From: Candidatus Micrarchaeota archaeon | GTDB lineage: Archaea > Micrarchaeota > Micrarchaeia > CAILAH01 | Direction: 5' to 3' | Assembly (NCBI GenBank): GCA_964401875.1 | Contig: CAYOAB010000002.1 | Span: 1-37,324 of the forward strand | DNA: 37,324 nucleotides | Part shown: one piece after another, positions 34,899 through 37,324 of the stretch | Layout of the letters: every line of letters begins with the position of its first letter | How positions within the stretch are numbered: position 1 is the first letter of the stretch | Program-made: the position numbers and the translations under genes | The notes under the pieces: model-generated | Database searches by the model: none | Seen by the model: only the letters and a program-made list of their open reading frames with translations | What the model was told of the DNA's origin: nothing

Positions 34899-35567
34899 AT
34901 GTCTAAAACCTTTTTTTTATTGGCCAATTTAAATTCTAAAAGCAAAGAGGATATTAATTTTATAAAAAACGCTATGCGTGATGCTTTTGATAAATTAGAC
35001 GGGAGTATTAATTTAGTATTAAGTCCCAGGGAAAGGTTATTACATATTGACCCTCGTTTAATCAACAAATTAAAGAAAGCTGAAAAGACAGGTAAATTTA
35101 AAGTAAAAGAATTTAAAGACCAGAAGAAAAAGTATGAGAAAATATTAAACAAAATGTTTAACCATAATGGTTTTGTCCCTGAGAATTATTGCGTTACTGA
35201 ATTCAAGGATTTATTATTAAAAAATAAATATCGTATAAAAATTTATGTTCTCCCCATAACCCAACAGATGTTATGTTATGATTGGAGATGTAAACTTTTA
35301 CTTAATAATTCAAATTTAAATAAAAATGAAAGTTTAGTTAATGATTATATTAGGATGAGATTGGATAGAACTAATATTTCTAATAATGAAATTGTTTCAT
35401 TTTTAAGTTTATTAAAGGGCAATACTATTGTTTTAATTGATGAGATTCATCATGGGGTTATAAGTAGGTACCCTGACAATAATGAGTTTATATTCCCTAA
35501 CAATCGCGTATTTATACCTAACGTTATAATAAAAGAGGAAATTCTAAATCCAAAATTATATAAATAA
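34899..35567 (+). CDS. Hypothetical protein
   Basis: 222 aa with no signal peptide and no recognised motif. Composition is normal for coding sequence. Confidence 0.5.
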   Translation: MSKTFFLLANLNSKSKEDINFIKNAMRDAFDKLDGSINLVLSPRERLLHIDPRLINKLKKAEKTGKFKVKEFKDQKKKYEKILNKMFNHNGFVPENYCVTEFKDLLLKNKYRIKIYVLPITQQMLCYDWRCKLLLNNSNLNKNESLVNDYIRMRLDRTNISNNEIVSFLSLLKGNTIVLIDEIHHGVISRYPDNNEFIFPNNRVFIPNVIIKEEILNPKLYK

Positions 35568-35696
35568 TTTTCTTTTTCTATATAAGAATGATAGAGTTAA
35601 TTGTGAAAGTGAATTATTTATAAGTTATACTAAGAAGGTTTAAAGTTCTCCTCTTGATTTTTGATTTTCTTCTTTTAAAAGCAAAGTTTATATACT

Positions 35697-37324
35697 TTGA
35701 AGTATAATTTTTTATTGGTAATAATTATGTTTTTATTTCAAACAAGTGTTCATGCGAAAAAAGAAGAATTTAGTTCTGATAAAATAAAAAAAATAGAAGA
35801 AATAAGTAATAGAATGAAGGATTTATATACAGATAAAATTATGGAATCTGATTCTTTAAAAAAACTTCTTCCACCTAATATTTTAAATATAAAAAAGGAA
35901 TTAGATTCCTTTATTAAAAACGATTCAGGCAAATATAGTGATGCTATAAAAAATGATTATGATTCTAATACTCCTATAAGTGCAGTTTTGGCCATTCGTT
36001 TAGTTTTAAATTCTAAGGAGGCCTCCAATGAACTAAAAGACAAGGCCCTTGATTTATATAATAAGATTAGGCCAATATTAGTTGAACAAGGAATAGGTAA
36101 TTTACCTAAATTTGAAGAAGTCAAGAAGCCTATAGATTTATCTGTTCCACAAGATTATTTTATTAATCAAGAAGGACCTATAAAAGTTAGTTCAATAGAT
36201 ATTATTCCTTGGGGTACTGTTGGAGAAGATAAAATTCCAGAAAAAATTCTATATAAAAATTATTATGGAGAAACAAGAAATTACACTTTAATAAAAGAGA
36301 AAGAAGGTATTTATAGAGATGGTAATAAAATTCCGTATTATAAATACAATGAGAAAGGTATTGATTATACTATTGGATTAGATGAAATTATAAAATTAGG
36401 ACATTTCAATTCAGAAAAGATAGGTATAAAATTAGTTGAATCTCAAGGTATTAAAATACAAGGCAGAGATCCATTATTGATTTATCCTGAGGACTATGAT
36501 AAACTTTCAATTGAACATTTATTGAATTCAAAACAAATGCTAATTCCAATAAAAGATTTAGAAGAAGAGAATAGATTAAGATTAAAAAGTCATGTTTTAC
36601 GTCCAGAAATTGCAAAAATGGCAGATGATTGTCTTAGAGACCTTTCAAAAAGAGGTTTATTAACAGATTCGGTTAGAAGTAAATTTTTAATTAGTTTATA
36701 TGAAGTGGATTATATGGACAGGGCGGTGGGTTATCGCCACAACCTAGCTAAAAAATATATAAGAGCAGTACAAAATTTAGATTCACAACTCAGGGATTAT
36801 CCTAATCTTTTTGCTAGAGGTATTGATAATTTAAAAGTACAAATACAAGTTAAAACAGAACAATTTCATGAAGAACCCAATACTTCTCCATTTACAAATG
36901 GTAATGTTCCCAGGATAGCATCTACTTTAAATCAAGGTTTAGAAGAAGTATCTAAATTAGGAAAACTTGATTTTTTCTTTTTTGGAAGAAGAGATCTCTT
37001 AGACACTTTTTTAGATATGAAAAGTATGGATTTAGTTCCGGGAGCTATAGTTCAGAAGAATATAAGACAAGAACAATTTAATTTATTATCTGAAGAAGAA
37101 TATCAAGAAATTGATAGATTCCTTCTTAGTCTTCTTGGTGAAACCTATTACAATAATATGATAAATCAATTTATAGGAAGTGTGAGTGGTGATGTTGGTT
37201 CTGGAAGAAGGTTTGAAGAAGGAAATGTTAACGTTTCAACACCTACATCAAATATTAATTATGAAACAAATGTTAAACGTGTCAAAATGTTAATTAATGC
37301 TGCATTATACCCTGATAAATTATC
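35697..37324 (+). CDS. Large secreted hypothetical protein, partial (runs off the window end)
   Basis: Not in the ORF track because it is open at the 3' end. The frame is open from 35679. The first ATG is at 35727, but an in-frame TTG at 35697 gives a complete signal peptide, M-KYNFLLVIIMFLFQTSVHA|KKEE. More than 530 aa are read without a stop, and no catalytic motif was recognised. Confidence 0.6.
   Translation, partial: MKYNFLLVIIMFLFQTSVHAKKEEFSSDKIKKIEEISNRMKDLYTDKIMESDSLKKLLPPNILNIKKELDSFIKNDSGKYSDAIKNDYDSNTPISAVLAIRLVLNSKEASNELKDKALDLYNKIRPILVEQGIGNLPKFEEVKKPIDLSVPQDYFINQEGPIKVSSIDIIPWGTVGEDKIPEKILYKNYYGETRNYTLIKEKEGIYRDGNKIPYYKYNEKGIDYTIGLDEIIKLGHFNSEKIGIKLVESQGIKIQGRDPLLIYPEDYDKLSIEHLLNSKQMLIPIKDLEEENRLRLKSHVLRPEIAKMADDCLRDLSKRGLLTDSVRSKFLISLYEVDYMDRAVGYRHNLAKKYIRAVQNLDSQLRDYPNLFARGIDNLKVQIQVKTEQFHEEPNTSPFTNGNVPRIASTLNQGLEEVSKLGKLDFFFFGRRDLLDTFLDMKSMDLVPGAIVQKNIRQEQFNLLSEEEYQEIDRFLLSLLGETYYNNMINQFIGSVSGDVGSGRRFEEGNVNVSTPTSNINYETNVKRVKMLINAALYPDKL

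Noticed and set aside
34911-34918. A T8 homopolymer four codons into the 34899 ORF, with similar T8/A8 runs in pepA, lhr, the transglutaminase-like gene and the K/E-rich gene, considered as phase-variation switches.
   Set aside because: Runs of 8 A/T are expected at this base composition and occur in housekeeping genes too. There is no evidence of length heterogeneity from a single sequence.
24517-37324. A chimeric assembly joining bacterial DNA to an archaeal contig, as an explanation for the beta-barrel-like protein, class III cyclase and lipobox proteins.
   Set aside because: Base composition, codon style, gene-overlap habit and TATA-type promoter spacing look uniform across the junctions, and the cyclase physically overlaps the archaeal-type acdA gene. 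This cannot be fully excluded without read-level evidence, so it is kept as a refutation test for the relevant finding.
1-37324. A scan of the whole window for CRISPR arrays, IS elements or transposases, integrases, reverse transcriptases or DGR template/variable repeats, rRNA genes and toxin-antitoxin pairs.
   Set aside because: I saw no regularly spaced direct repeats and no transposase, integrase or RT motifs in any ORF translation, for example no YxDD and no DDE or tyrosine-recombinase RHRY pattern. There are no rRNA-like GC-rich stretches beyond the four RNA islands described. Long imperfect repeats such as DGR TR/VR pairs cannot be excluded by eye and would need a self-dot-plot.

Overview
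This is a visibly AT-rich, tightly packed archaeal chromosome fragment. The archaeal assignment rests on replication factor C large and small subunits, aIF5B, an Lhr-type helicase, a type-A-like RNase P RNA and TATA-box promoters about 25-30 nt upstream of genes. Frequent 4-17 nt gene overlaps and many small secreted or anchored proteins suggest a reduced, possibly DPANN-like lineage; this is inference only.

Positions 1-24.5 kb are mostly housekeeping: dcd, ACT protein, glycosyltransferase, pepA, transglutaminase-like protein, rfcL, lhr, MiaB-family methylthiotransferase, bacterial-type iPGM, rfcS, aIF5B and ADP-forming acetyl-CoA synthetase beta/alpha.

Four GC-rich islands stand out against the AT-rich background within about 2 kb (1087-3145):
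- an unclassified array of seven consecutive perfect stem-loops (1106-1298);
- RNase P RNA (minus strand, 1338-1642);
- a tRNA-Ser(GCU) whose T-loop appears interrupted by a ~98-nt structured intron;
- a free-standing ~115-nt structured RNA that looks like a paralogue of that intron and ends in the same 15 nt as the tRNA gene.

Positions 24.5-37.3 kb are accessory-looking, with two candidate undescribed modules:
- a co-directional, almost gapless string of class III nucleotide cyclase, 5-TM protein, TPR protein and a 465-aa protein with a caspase-fold-like His/Cys dyad;
- a divergent pair made of a lipobox protein and a 1383-aa signal-peptide protein. The C-terminal third of the large protein looks like a bacterial outer-membrane beta-barrel and ends in a BAM-type beta-signal (GILGVEFYF).

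These are followed by a Cys-repeat surface protein, an ankyrin-repeat protein, tRNA-Ala(CGC) and further secreted proteins. I recognised no CRISPR array, transposase, integrase or rRNA. All functional calls come from motif recognition by eye, and none was checked against a database.
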